Counted from the stretch's first letter, positions 41,401-51,488 are shown. The stretch: DNA of 64,000 nt from Terriglobia bacterium (GCA_965198225.1 CBDAOY010000009.1:640001-704000), one strand, 5' to 3'. Notes: generated by a model not told the origin, from the letters alone. Numbers and translations are program-made.

Positions 41401-43108
41401 CGTGCTTTCGTCGGGTGTTGCTGCTTCCGTCTCGACACTTGCCGGGACGGCGCTCCAGAGTGGGACTGATGACGGGACCGGATCCGCGGCCCGATTCAAC
41501 CTTCCGTTCGGTATTTCCTGTTGCGGCGGTTCTCCCTCGGCCCTCTACATCGCCGACAGCGGCAATCACTCGATCCGGGAGGTCGTCGTCTCCTCCGGAG
41601 TCGTGACGACCCCGGTGGGCAGCGTGGCTGGAACTTCGGGGTTCGTGAATGATGACGACAACGCCGCAAGATTCAATACGCCCAAGGGTCTCGTCGAAGC
41701 TAGCGGCGGCGTTCTCTTTGTGGCGGATTCGGGCAACAACGTGATCCGGAAGGTCACAACCGGGGGGACGCACACCGTCACGACGTTCGCCGGCCCCGCG
41801 TCCGGTGTCTCGGGTTCCGCAGACGGCACGAGCACGGCGGCCCGGTTCAACGGTCCAGTCGGCATTGCTGCGGACGCGACCAATCTGTACGTCGGCGACC
41901 GGCTCAACCACACGATCCGTCAGATCCAGATGTCAAACCAGGCGGTCACCACTTTCGCGGGCACGGCCGGGACCTCCGGGTTCGTCGAAGGCAACGCCAG
42001 CACAGTCCGGTTCAACCAACCCGGATTCGTAACCCAGGACAGCGGTAATCTGTACGTTTCCGGTGAGTTGAACCATGCGATCCGGAAGACCAGCATTGCG
42101 AGCGTGTCGTTCTCGACACTGGCCGGAAGCCCGAACCCGAAGAGCGGTTCGGTCGACGAAACGGGCGCAAAGGCCCGGTTCAACTCCCCGGATGGAGCAT
42201 CGATCGATGCGGCGGGCAATATCTATGTCTCCGACAGCGGCAACCATGTTATCCGGAAGGTTGCATCCGGAACGGGGGTCGTCACGACACTGGCCGGGTC
42301 GGCGGGCACCTCGGGGACAGCCGACGGAACCGGAACGGCGGCGCGGTTCAAAACCCCAGCAGGCTCCGCTTTTGTCGGTAATTTCATATACCTGGCCGAC
42401 CTTGGCAATCACACGATTCGGAAGATCAACGTCACAACCGGAGTCGTGACGACCTTCGCCGGGCAGGCCGGAACGAGCGGATCCGCCGACGGTACGGGTA
42501 CGAGCGCTTCGTTCAAAAGTCCGGCCGGGATCACGACCGACGGGACGTTTCTTTACGTAGCAGATAAACTCAACCACACGATTCGGAAGATCGAGATATC
42601 CACCGGGGTCGTATCGACGTTGGCCGGGCAGGCCGGATCATTCGGGCTCACCAATGCCACAGGAACTGCCGCCCGGTTCAATACGCCGGTCGGCATCACG
42701 GCCATCGCCGGCACTCTCTACGTGGGCGACTTTTTCAACCATTCGATCCGGGCGATCACGATTTCCTCGGGCGCCGTGACGACGCTTGCGGGCGCCGGGT
42801 CCCCCGGCTCCACGGATGCGACGGGAACGTCGGCGAAGTTCAGCAGCCCGGCCGGGGTCACGACCGACGGAACGAACATCTATGTCGCCGATTCCTTTAA
42901 CAATACGATTCGAAAGGTCGTGATATCCTCGGGCGTCGTGACGACGCTCGCTGGATCGTCCGGCACCGCCGGCTTCGCAAATGCGACGGGAACGTCGGCG
43001 CAGTTCAACTCTCCCCTTGACGTCGTTATCGACGGCACCAACCTGTTCATCATCGACGATCAGAACCACCAGGTGCGCAAGGGTAGCGAACCACCAGCCC
43101 CGGACTAG
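35451..43108 (+). CDS. Giant (~2,500 aa) exported surface protein: N-terminal beta domains, prealbumin/SdrD-like domain, YVTN propeller, IPT/TIG repeats, C-terminal NHL repeats (split into 3 ORFs here)
   Basis: Signal peptide MTVRIARL...SVLSA; PAGTYTLSAS; VANVGSDNVSVIDL repeats; SVSP...VTITG.NF repeats; ARFNxPxGI...LYVADxxNHTIRKI repeats; breaks at ~35536, ~37682 and ~40527. Confidence 0.85.
35471..35600. repeat. Exact 65-bp tandem duplication in the signal-peptide coding region
   Basis: acttgtctgccggggg...ctgtccgccc occurs at 35471 and 35536. Confidence 0.9.
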
Positions 43109-43139
43109 TGACCTACCGGTCTCGAAGATCGGCCGCGCC

Positions 43140-44462
43140 TCAGGCCCGAATCACCTTCTCGCGCCCTTCCCGGATGTCTTTTGTAGCATTGCGCGTATCA
43201 ATCACCAGCGTCGAGTGCTCCACGATCCACTGATAGTCGATGTCCGTGTGATCGGTCGCGATGACGACGGCGTCCTGTTCCCAGAGCATCTCTTCGGTTG
43301 ATTCCTTCGAAGACAACTCGGAAAAGTCGTAGTTCCGCATTTTGTACAGGCGTGGGACGAAAGGATCGTGGTAGGAGAGATGCGCGCCCTTGTCCTGGAG
43401 AAGACTCATGATCTCGAGCGCCGGGGATTCACGGACATCGTCGACGTCCTTTTTGTATGCCACACCGAGGATCAGGATGTCGGCTCCGCGGATGGATTTG
43501 CCATGGTCGTTCAAGCCCCAGGCGATCTTCTCGACCACGAATCGGGGAATGGAAGTGTTGACCTCGCCGGCCAGTTCGATGAAACGGGTCGCGAAGCCAT
43601 GCTCGCGCGCTTTCCACGCCAGGTAGAAGGGATCGATCGGGATACAGTGGCCGCCCAGTCCGGGCCCGGGATAGAACGGCGTGAAGCCGAAGGGTTTCGT
43701 ACTGGCCGCGTCGATGACTTCCCAGATATCGATATCCATTCGGTCGCAGAGAAGCTTGAGCTCGTTCACGAGCGCGATATTCACCGACCGGTAGATGTTC
43801 TCGAGCAGTTTGACGAGCTCGGCTGTCTGCGTGGATGAGACGGGTACGATCCGGTCGATGATCTGCCCGTAGAGGGTTGCGGCGACCTTCAGGCAGTCCG
43901 CCATCGTTCCGCCGACCACCTTCGGGATGGTCTGAGTGGAAAATCGTTCGTTGCCCGGATCCTCCCTTTCGGGCGAATAGGCGAGGAAATAGTCTTCGCC
44001 GACCTTCAAGCTTCCCTTCTTGAAGCTTTCAAGCAGGACCTCTTCGGTCGTTCCGGGATACGTCGTGCTTTCCAGGACCACGAGCTGTCCGGGCCGCAGC
44101 GTTGCCGCGATCGATTCCGCCGTTTTCTCGATGTACTGGAGGTCCGGTTCCCGTTTCGAAGTCAGGGGAGTCGGCACGCAGGCGATGATGCAGTCGGCTG
44201 CGGCCAGGCGGGTGAAGTCCGCCGTCGCTTCAAACTTCGCACTCTCGCGCAACGCCGCGATGCGTTCGCCTTCGATGTGCCCGATGTAGGAACGGCCGGC
44301 GTTGAGCTCGGTTACTTTCACCGAATCGACATCGAATCCGATCACCGGGAAACCGACTTCCCCGAACCGAAGTACGAGCGGCAGGCCGACGTAGCCCAGG
44401 CCGATTACCCCGATCGTTGCGTCGTGTGCTTCGATCTTTGCGATCAGTTCGTCACGCTTCAT
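43140..44462 (-). CDS. UDP-N-acetylhexosamine 6-dehydrogenase (WbpA/WecC family)
   Basis: GLGYVGLP, CVPTP, ESTTYPGTT, PGPGLGGHCIP, GVAYKKDVDD; start at MKRDELI. Confidence 0.92.
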   Translation of the reverse strand: MKRDELIAKIEAHDATIGVIGLGYVGLPLVLRFGEVGFPVIGFDVDSVKVTELNAGRSYIGHIEGERIAALRESAKFEATADFTRLAAADCIIACVPTPLTSKREPDLQYIEKTAESIAATLRPGQLVVLESTTYPGTTEEVLLESFKKGSLKVGEDYFLAYSPEREDPGNERFSTQTIPKVVGGTMADCLKVAATLYGQIIDRIVPVSSTQTAELVKLLENIYRSVNIALVNELKLLCDRMDIDIWEVIDAASTKPFGFTPFYPGPGLGGHCIPIDPFYLAWKAREHGFATRFIELAGEVNTSIPRFVVEKIAWGLNDHGKSIRGADILILGVAYKKDVDDVRESPALEIMSLLQDKGAHLSYHDPFVPRLYKMRNYDFSELSSKESTEEMLWEQDAVVIATDHTDIDYQWIVEHSTLVIDTRNATKDIREGREKVIRA

Positions 44463-45556
44463 GAAGAGAATTCTCGGATTTTGTGGATGACATAATCGAT
44501 TTCTTCTTCCTCGAGCTCGGGAAAGACAGGCAGCGCCAGGCAGGTCCTTGCGGCTTCTTCGGCGCGAGGAAAGTTGCCCTCCGAGCCGCCGACATGCGAC
44601 AGGCTCGCCTGGAGATGCAGCGGGATCGGGTAGTAGAGCCCCGTGCCGATACCGTGACCCAGGAGGAACTCCCTCAACTCGTCCCGCTGCGGGCTTCGGA
44701 TCACGTACTGATTGTAGACCGCGTGGTTGTGCCCGGAAGGAGACGGAATCGTGACGGCCCCGGTGAGCCCCTCGTCGTAGCGCCGGGCGATGTGTCGCCG
44801 TCTTTCGTTCCACTCGCGGACATACTTCAAACGGACCGACAGGGCGGCCGCCTGCAGGGAGTCCAGGCGGCTGTTGACACCCAGCTCGTTGTGCTCGTAG
44901 TCGTTCTCCAGACCGTGGGCGCGCAGCAGTCGCAGCTGTGCGGCGGCACGGTCATCGTTGGTCACGACCATTCCGGCATCCCCTATGGCAGCCAGGTTCT
45001 TCGTCGGGTAGAAGGAGAGGCATCCGCAAAAACCCATGGTGCCGGCGGGGCGGTTTCGGTGGAGGGCCCCGAAAGCCTGGGCGACATCTTCGATGATCAG
45101 AACGCCGTGATCCGCCGCGAAAGCCTGGATGCGAAGCATTTCGGCACAGTCGCCGAACAGGTGGACGACGATCACGGCCCGGGTGCGCGGCGTCACCCGC
45201 CGCCGGATTTCCTCCGGGTCGATCTGGAATGTCGCGAAATCGATGTCCGCGAAGACCACCTTCGCGCCGATCCGGACGGCCGAGGACGCGGACGAGAAAA
45301 ACGAAAAGGCCGGGACGATGACCTCGTCGCCCGGTCCGATCTTCGCCGCCATCATCGCCAGCATCAACGCGTCGGAACCGTTCGCGACCCCTACCGCGTT
45401 GCGAACGGGAAGCCATTCGGACACCTCTTCTTCCAGCTGGCTGACCGCAGGTCCGAGGATGAACCGCTGGGAGTCGATGACGCCCATGAGGGCCTCGTCC
45501 AGCTCTTCCCGAATCCGCTCTGTCTGTCTCCGGAGATCGAAGAAAGGGACTCTCAT
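44459..45556 (-). CDS. DegT/DnrJ/EryC1/StrS sugar aminotransferase
   Basis: NGSDAL, VHLFG, SFYPTKNL, NSRLDSLQAA, YYPIPLHLQ. Confidence 0.92.
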   Translation of the reverse strand: MRVPFFDLRRQTERIREELDEALMGVIDSQRFILGPAVSQLEEEVSEWLPVRNAVGVANGSDALMLAMMAAKIGPGDEVIVPAFSFFSSASSAVRIGAKVVFADIDFATFQIDPEEIRRRVTPRTRAVIVVHLFGDCAEMLRIQAFAADHGVLIIEDVAQAFGALHRNRPAGTMGFCGCLSFYPTKNLAAIGDAGMVVTNDDRAAAQLRLLRAHGLENDYEHNELGVNSRLDSLQAAALSVRLKYVREWNERRRHIARRYDEGLTGAVTIPSPSGHNHAVYNQYVIRSPQRDELREFLLGHGIGTGLYYPIPLHLQASLSHVGGSEGNFPRAEEAARTCLALPVFPELEEEEIDYVIHKIREFSS

Positions 45557-45779
45557 TCGGTGGGTTGCGTGCGGTCGTGCCCAGCGACGAAATCACTGGC
45601 CTTTGCGGAGGGATGTCCCATAAGATTCATTGTTAAACGTTCCAACACCGAGAGACGTCTAAAATGGCAAGACTATTGGGTTTGGTTCGTTAAATCAACA
45701 GCCTTCGCCGGCGAGTGCTCCACGAGGGGCCGTGAGGTCGAAACACGCGGTGGGCCCGGCGCAATCAGACGGAGATAAC

Positions 45780-46667
45780 ATGTCCCGAAAATGGTTAATC
45801 ACCTTTCTGTTCAGCTTCTTGATGATTTCGGCCGTTGCCGTGCCCGAAGCGTTGGCGCAGGCAGGCGGACTTCGCGATGAACAGCCCCCGATCCCCGTCT
45901 CGGAGATCATCCAGAAATTTGCCGCCAAAGAAGCCCAGTTCCGGCTGGCTCGTGGCAACTACGTTTACCGGCAGGATGTGAAAGTCCAGGAACTGGACAG
46001 CCGCAACCGGGTCCTGGGGGAATACCACGTCGTCAGCGATATCCTCTTCGAGTCGCCGGGCCGCCGGACGGAAAAGATCGTTTATGCTCCCCAAAGCACG
46101 CTCAGGGGTATACAGATTACCCCGCAGGATCTGGAAGACATCCGCTCGATTCAGCCCTTCGTCCTGACGACTGATGACCTCCACCTCTACAACGTCAGCT
46201 ACCTGGGTAAGGAACTGATCGACGAGATCGACAACTATGTGTTCGAGGTCAGCCCGAAGGTCATCGAAGAGGGCGAGCGGTACTTCGAAGGAAAGATCTG
46301 GGTCGACGATATCGACCTGCAGATCGTCAAGACCTTCGGCAAGGCGGTTCCGGACATCATCAAGGACGGTCAGGAGAACCTGTTTCCCCGGTTCGAGACG
46401 TACCGCGAACAGATCGACGGCGTTTTCTGGTTTCCCACTTACACCCGGGCCGTGGACACGCTGAATTTCTCTTCGGGATCGAAGCGGATCCGTCAGGTCA
46501 TCAAGTACGAAGACTATAAACAGTTCGGCGCGGACGTGCAGCTGACTTTCGGTGACGAGGTCGATGAGGAAGACGCGGGAACGGACGAAGAAACCACCTC
46601 CGAGGATCCGAACAAGCCGACCGAACCCGGCGCCGCCAAAAAGAAGAAGGGGCCCGGAACGGGATAG
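45780..46667 (+). CDS. Conserved exported protein (possible LolA/MucB-like fold)
   Basis: GGAG RBS, signal peptide, YFEGKIWVDD, FPRFETYRE, WFPTYT. Confidence 0.7.
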   Translation: MSRKWLITFLFSFLMISAVAVPEALAQAGGLRDEQPPIPVSEIIQKFAAKEAQFRLARGNYVYRQDVKVQELDSRNRVLGEYHVVSDILFESPGRRTEKIVYAPQSTLRGIQITPQDLEDIRSIQPFVLTTDDLHLYNVSYLGKELIDEIDNYVFEVSPKVIEEGERYFEGKIWVDDIDLQIVKTFGKAVPDIIKDGQENLFPRFETYREQIDGVFWFPTYTRAVDTLNFSSGSKRIRQVIKYEDYKQFGADVQLTFGDEVDEEDAGTDEETTSEDPNKPTEPGAAKKKKGPGTG

Positions 46668-46809
46668 ATTCTACGAACTCGAGCACGGGCGGAACAGCGA
46701 ACCGCCCGTCCGACCTACCCCCTGTAACCTCTTCTGCCCCACCAATATTCGTCCACCTCGCCCTGTGCTAAACTGGTGACAATTCTGCTGGTTTCGCAAG
46801 GAGAAACTC

Positions 46810-47556
46810 ATGTCGGGCCATTCCAAGTGGCACAGTATCAAGCACAAGAAAGCAGCGACTGACGCCAAGCGCGGCAAGATGTTCACGAAGCTGATCAAGG
46901 AAATCACGGTCGCTGCGAGGATGGGGGGCGGAGACCCGGAGGCGAACGCCCGTCTGCGCAAGGCCATCAGCGACGCCAAGGGGATGAACATGCCCGCCGA
47001 CAACATCAAACGTGCGGTCATGAAGGGCACGGGAGAACTCGCCGGCAGCTCGATCGAAGAGATCTCATACGAAGGATACGGGCCCGGTGGCGTTGCGGTC
47101 ATGGTCGAGGTGCTGACCGATAATCGGAACAGGACAGTGAGCGAGCTTCGCCACGTCTTCGACAAGTACGGCGGGAACCTGGGTGAGAACGGCTGTGTCG
47201 CGTGGATGTTTACGAAGCGGGGTTACATCCTCATCCCGACCCAGGGACTCGGCGAAGACGACGCGATGAACGTTGCGATCGAAGCCGGGGCGGACGACTT
47301 TTCGACTCAAGGCGAAAATTACGAAATCATGACTGCGCCGGAGTCATTCGATGGCGTTCTTGCTGAGCTGAAAGGGAAGGGCCTCGAGCCGACGACGGCG
47401 GAGGTCTCGATGGTGCCGCAGAACTACGTCAAGCTCGAAGGCAGGCCCGCCCAGCAGATGATCAAGCTGATGGATGCCCTCGAAGATCACGACGACGTGC
47501 AGAACGTACACGCGAACTTCGACATCGAAGAGTCGGAATTGGCCGGGGTGATCTAA
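46810..47556 (+). CDS. yebC: YebC/PmpR family protein
   Basis: [35 protein letters not shown]. Confidence 0.96.
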   Translation: MSGHSKWHSIKHKKAATDAKRGKMFTKLIKEITVAARMGGGDPEANARLRKAISDAKGMNMPADNIKRAVMKGTGELAGSSIEEISYEGYGPGGVAVMVEVLTDNRNRTVSELRHVFDKYGGNLGENGCVAWMFTKRGYILIPTQGLGEDDAMNVAIEAGADDFSTQGENYEIMTAPESFDGVLAELKGKGLEPTTAEVSMVPQNYVKLEGRPAQQMIKLMDALEDHDDVQNVHANFDIEESELAGVI

Positions 47557-47600
47557 ACCGATCCGGCAGTGCCGGCACCCTCCCCGGGGACAAACGGGAA

Positions 47601-48098
47601 ATGCGGATTCTTGGAGTGGATTGCGGTTCGAGGGTGACCGGATACGGGGTCATCGAAACCAAGGGTGCCGACTACGGCTTCGTCGACTGCGGGGCGATCC
47701 GCCTGCGTGCTTCCGCCTCTCTGGCCGAACGGCTGCGAACGATCCACCGATCGCTCGCTGAGGTGATCCAGAAGCAGTCGCCGGACGTCGTCGCGTTCGA
47801 GAGCGTGTTTCACGCCGCAAATGCCCAGAGCGCTCTGAAGCTGGGGCATGTCCGAGGAGTTTCGATGTTTACCGCCGCTGCAGCCGACCTGCCCGTGTTC
47901 GAGTATTCGGCGCTGGAGGTCAAGAGCGCCGTGACCGGCTACGGCCGGGCTGAGAAATCACAGGTGCAGCAGATGGTCCGGTCTCTACTCCGGCTGCGCG
48001 ATGCGCCGGAACCCCACGACGCGTCCGACGCGCTCGCCGTGGCGATATGCCACGCTCAGAGCTACAGATACGAGCAGGCGACGGCGGCCCATGAGTAA
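47601..48098 (+). CDS. ruvC: Holliday junction resolvase RuvC
   Basis: ILGVDCGSRVTGYG, ESVF, VKSAVTGYGRAEK, DASDALAVAICH. Confidence 0.95.
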   Translation: MRILGVDCGSRVTGYGVIETKGADYGFVDCGAIRLRASASLAERLRTIHRSLAEVIQKQSPDVVAFESVFHAANAQSALKLGHVRGVSMFTAAAADLPVFEYSALEVKSAVTGYGRAEKSQVQQMVRSLLRLRDAPEPHDASDALAVAICHAQSYRYEQATAAHE

Positions 48099-48708
48099 CG
48101 TTTTCATAGCTCTCTTATTTCTCCTGCCCCAGAGTAATTTCGCAACTTTCAGCTATTGTGTCGAGAATCGAGGTCCCTGGGAACTCCAGTGTTTTGAGCT
48201 CGATCCGGCGGGTAAAGGAACCTTCAAGTTCATCCCGCGAGATGCCGATCTAATAGAAGTAGGGGTCGAGCTGTCGAGGGACATCGCCGCGGAGTTCGCC
48301 GAATTGCTTGCTGATACCGACTACCTTGCCGAAGGATCGGACTACGAGTCGGGCCGCAACGTGGCAAACCTCGGGGCGAAGAAGTTGACGCTCACCGGTC
48401 CGACCGGAGTGCGGGAAGCGGAATTCAACTTCTCGACGCGCCGCGAGGTAACGAAGCTCGCATCGTTCTTCGACCGATTGATCGCCCAGGAACTGCTCAT
48501 GTTCGACATCGACGTGGCGCTCCAGTTCGACCGCCTCTCGATTCCGAAGAAGCTCGAGCAGATCGAGAAGGACCTGCGAGCCAGACGAGTCGCCGACGCG
48601 AAGCGGCTGATTCCGGTGCTCGACCGGATCGCGAGCGACCGCAGGCTCGTGAATTTCGCACGACAGACGGCCACCCGTCTGAAGAGGCAGATCGAAGGAA
48701 ACCATTGA
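48091..48708 (+). CDS. Exported hypothetical protein
   Basis: ATG overlapping the end of ruvC, hydrophobic leader MSNVFIALLFLL. Confidence 0.65.
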   Translation: MSNVFIALLFLLPQSNFATFSYCVENRGPWELQCFELDPAGKGTFKFIPRDADLIEVGVELSRDIAAEFAELLADTDYLAEGSDYESGRNVANLGAKKLTLTGPTGVREAEFNFSTRREVTKLASFFDRLIAQELLMFDIDVALQFDRLSIPKKLEQIEKDLRARRVADAKRLIPVLDRIASDRRLVNFARQTATRLKRQIEGNH

Positions 48709-49373
48709 GACTCATGATTCGATTCATCACGCTGGCAATTGCCTTGCTCTTGCCCGCATCCGGCTACTCCCAGATGTTTCCGTCGATCGTTGCCCGTGGC
48801 GCTGCCGTGGAGATTGAACGCTCCGATGGCGTCGCCGAGTCTCCTGGTGCGACCCTCGGCGAGGGAGATTCCGTCCGGACCGGATCGGCGTCTTTTGCGG
48901 TGGTCGCGTTTGAGGATGGTTCCCGGGTCACGCTCGGGGAGCGTTCGTCGGTGACGATCAGCGCGCTGGGTGGGATGGACGTGATGACGGCCGTCAGACT
49001 CGACAGTGGCTCTTTGCGCGCGCGGTCGGGCCTTGGCGCGGTCCGAATCGAGACACCCGCCGGAGACTTTACGCTTTCGGAGTTGCCGGCTGAAGCGGAG
49101 TTCGGCCTGGAGGGGGACAAGGTAACCGTTTACGTGGCTTCCGGCGCGCTCGAACCAGCCAACGTGGAACCGTCGTCGCTCGTGTTCCGCGGAAACAAGG
49201 CCCGCGCGGCCCGCATATACCGTGCCGGTTCCCTGGAAGGCTACATGTCGCCTCCCTTCGTGTATCCATCGGACTGGATTACGCCCGAGATATACGTCAC
49301 CGACCCACAATCTGGCTTCGAGATCAGCGTCGATCCGTCTGCCGCGGTAAACCCTCCCCCGGACCCACAGTAA
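48705..49373 (+). CDS. Exported FecR-domain protein
   Basis: Signal peptide; LGEGDSVRTG...FEDGSRVTL...L.SG...IETP pattern. Confidence 0.7.
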   Translation: MRLMIRFITLAIALLLPASGYSQMFPSIVARGAAVEIERSDGVAESPGATLGEGDSVRTGSASFAVVAFEDGSRVTLGERSSVTISALGGMDVMTAVRLDSGSLRARSGLGAVRIETPAGDFTLSELPAEAEFGLEGDKVTVYVASGALEPANVEPSSLVFRGNKARAARIYRAGSLEGYMSPPFVYPSDWITPEIYVTDPQSGFEISVDPSAAVNPPPDPQ

Positions 49374-49434
49374 CCACTCGTCACCGATACACCTTTCTAA
49401 TTAAGACATTCCGACAGACCGACAAGTGGGGATC

Positions 49435-49516
49435 TTCAACACGAAGGAACGAAGCTAACGAAGGAACACGAAGATCCCTATTTCTTTCTCCGTGTTCTTC
49501 GTGTCTTCGTGTTGAA
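49435..49516. repeat. Palindromic CACGAAG/CTTCGTG tandem-repeat element between convergent genes
   Basis: TTCAACACGAAG followed by (ACGAAG)n ... (CTTCGTGT)n ending in CTTCGTGTTGAA. Confidence 0.75.
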
Positions 49517-49573
49517 AAATAGAATTACGAGTTACCGTAACTTAGCGGGTCAAGGAGATCGGTTCGCATGTGA

Positions 49574-50383
49574 TCAGGAAACGATCACGCCTGCGTAGCC
49601 GACCACACGTTCACGATCGCCGAAGATGTCGCCCGAGGTGGCGTATTTCACCAACTCGGCCTCCGTCGCGCCCAGTTGGTTCGCCGCGATCAACATCGAC
49701 GTGGCCGGCGCGAAACCGCACATGGAAATCTGTTCGCGTCTGACAACTTCATGGAGTTCCTCCGCATCACGCGCGAGCATCTGCTCGATTGCTTTCCGAT
49801 CCTTGACTCGTGTGATCGCGTCGGACTCGTAGTGGTTCATGTCGCTGGACGCAACGATGAGAACTTCCTCGCCTGACTGTTCTACCGCCTCCCCCATCGC
49901 ATCCCCAAGCCGTCTGAGCGTGCCGATGTCTGAAGTCCCGACAGTAATGGGCACGAATCGGGTCTCGCCGGGGGCGAGGAATTGAAGGAAAGGCAGCTGG
50001 ACTTCGAGTGCGTGTTCGAATTCGTGCGCAGCGTGGTCCTCGCGAAGTTCCGGATTCAGTGAGCAGAGCAACCCCGCCAGGGGTGAATCGATCGGGACGT
50101 CGCCCAGGGGCGTTTGCCACGCGCCCTCGCTCATGATCGACAGCGGCGTGCCCCGCCTGGTGTGGTTCGGGCAGAGGATGATGTATCGAGCCGGCAGCTG
50201 CAACCGCGAATACACCGCTCCCGCAACGTGACCCGAATAAACGTACCCGGCGTGGGGAACGACGATCCCCTGGGCCGTCAGGCGATCTGAGGACTCGTTG
50301 ATAAAACCCCGAACCGCTTCCTCGAGGGCGTTCGGATCCGCCGGATAGAACTGCCCGGCGACCGCTGGAGTCCGTGTATACAT
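49574..50383 (-). CDS. amrB: AmmeMemoRadiSam system protein B (MEMO1 family)
   Basis: PAVAGQFYP, PHAGYVYSG, PNH, EHALEVQLPFLQ, SSDMNHY, MCG, VVGYA. Confidence 0.93.
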   Translation of the reverse strand: MYTRTPAVAGQFYPADPNALEEAVRGFINESSDRLTAQGIVVPHAGYVYSGHVAGAVYSRLQLPARYIILCPNHTRRGTPLSIMSEGAWQTPLGDVPIDSPLAGLLCSLNPELREDHAAHEFEHALEVQLPFLQFLAPGETRFVPITVGTSDIGTLRRLGDAMGEAVEQSGEEVLIVASSDMNHYESDAITRVKDRKAIEQMLARDAEELHEVVRREQISMCGFAPATSMLIAANQLGATEAELVKYATSGDIFGDRERVVGYAGVIVS

Positions 50384-50404
50384 GCTCCTCTCGTTGGTCC
50401 GAAA

Positions 50405-50431
50405 CCGACTGACTACCGACTACTGACTACC
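50405..50431. repeat. Heptamer tandem repeat (GACTACT/GACTACC family)
   Basis: ccgactgactaccgactactgactacc. Confidence 0.65.
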
Positions 50432-50471
50432 GGCAACTCCGTTTCAATCATTATGTTACAATCTCGCGCCG

Positions 50472-51458
50472 ATGAAAATTCTATCGACCTGCTTCCACTC
50501 TGAATTCCCTGCCTGGACCATGCCGGAGTGGTGCGTCGAGGAAGTGGTCGAGGCCTTCCCGGACATCGAATTCGTGCGGCTGACTTCCGCGGAACGGATC
50601 CCGGACGAGATCGTCGATGCCGACGTCCTCATGACTTGGATGGTCGATGAGGAGGCGTTCCGTTCAGCGCGCAAACTCAAGTGGATCCACACCGGGATGG
50701 CGGGCCTGACCTTTATCTTGATTCCTCCCGTCGTTGACAGCGACGTTGTCGTCTCGAATTCAAAGGGTGTCCATCCGCCCATCATGGGCGAGCACGCGAT
50801 GGGGTTGATGCTCGCTCTTTCGCGACGACTGCACGACTGTATGGATTTTCAGCGCAAAGCTATCTGGGGACGCGGCGAAATCTTCGGTCGTGTTCCGTCG
50901 TTTGAGGGGCTGAGTGGCAAGACAGTGGGCGTGGTTGGCTTCGGAGCGATCGGAGTCGAGGTGGCCCGCCGGGCGCGCAGCTTCGACATGCGGGTGATCG
51001 GTTTCAAGAGAGATACCAGGGAAGCTTCGGAACTGGCTGATGCTGTATACACGCCGGATGAGCTCGATAGCCACCTGTCTGAAATCGACTATCTGGTCAT
51101 TGCCGCTCCACTGACCGATGAAACCGAGGACATGATCGGAGCCCGCCAGTTCGAGCGGATGAAGCCGACTTCCTTTCTGATCAACCTGGCCCGCGGCGAG
51201 CTCGTCGATCAGGACGCCCTGATCGCCGCCCTGGAGAGTGAGCAGATTGCGGGAGCCGGTCTCGACGTCTTCGTACCGGACCCCCTTCCCGACGGCCATC
51301 CCCTCTTCACGACGAAGAACCTCATCCTGACCCCACACGTGGCGGGTACCTCCCCGGAAATGTGGCGCCGCATCGTCGACATGTTCATCGACAATATCGG
51401 ACGTTTCCGCGAGGGGCGCGGATTGATCAATCAGGTTGACAAGGTGAGGGGGTATTGA
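50472..51458 (+). CDS. D-2-hydroxyacid dehydrogenase
   Basis: GFGAIG, PLTDET, INLARG, GLDVF, TPHVAG. Confidence 0.92.
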   Translation: MKILSTCFHSEFPAWTMPEWCVEEVVEAFPDIEFVRLTSAERIPDEIVDADVLMTWMVDEEAFRSARKLKWIHTGMAGLTFILIPPVVDSDVVVSNSKGVHPPIMGEHAMGLMLALSRRLHDCMDFQRKAIWGRGEIFGRVPSFEGLSGKTVGVVGFGAIGVEVARRARSFDMRVIGFKRDTREASELADAVYTPDELDSHLSEIDYLVIAAPLTDETEDMIGARQFERMKPTSFLINLARGELVDQDALIAALESEQIAGAGLDVFVPDPLPDGHPLFTTKNLILTPHVAGTSPEMWRRIVDMFIDNIGRFREGRGLINQVDKVRGY

Positions 51459-51488
51459 GGAAGTAGTCAGTTGCCAGTAGTCAGTAGT

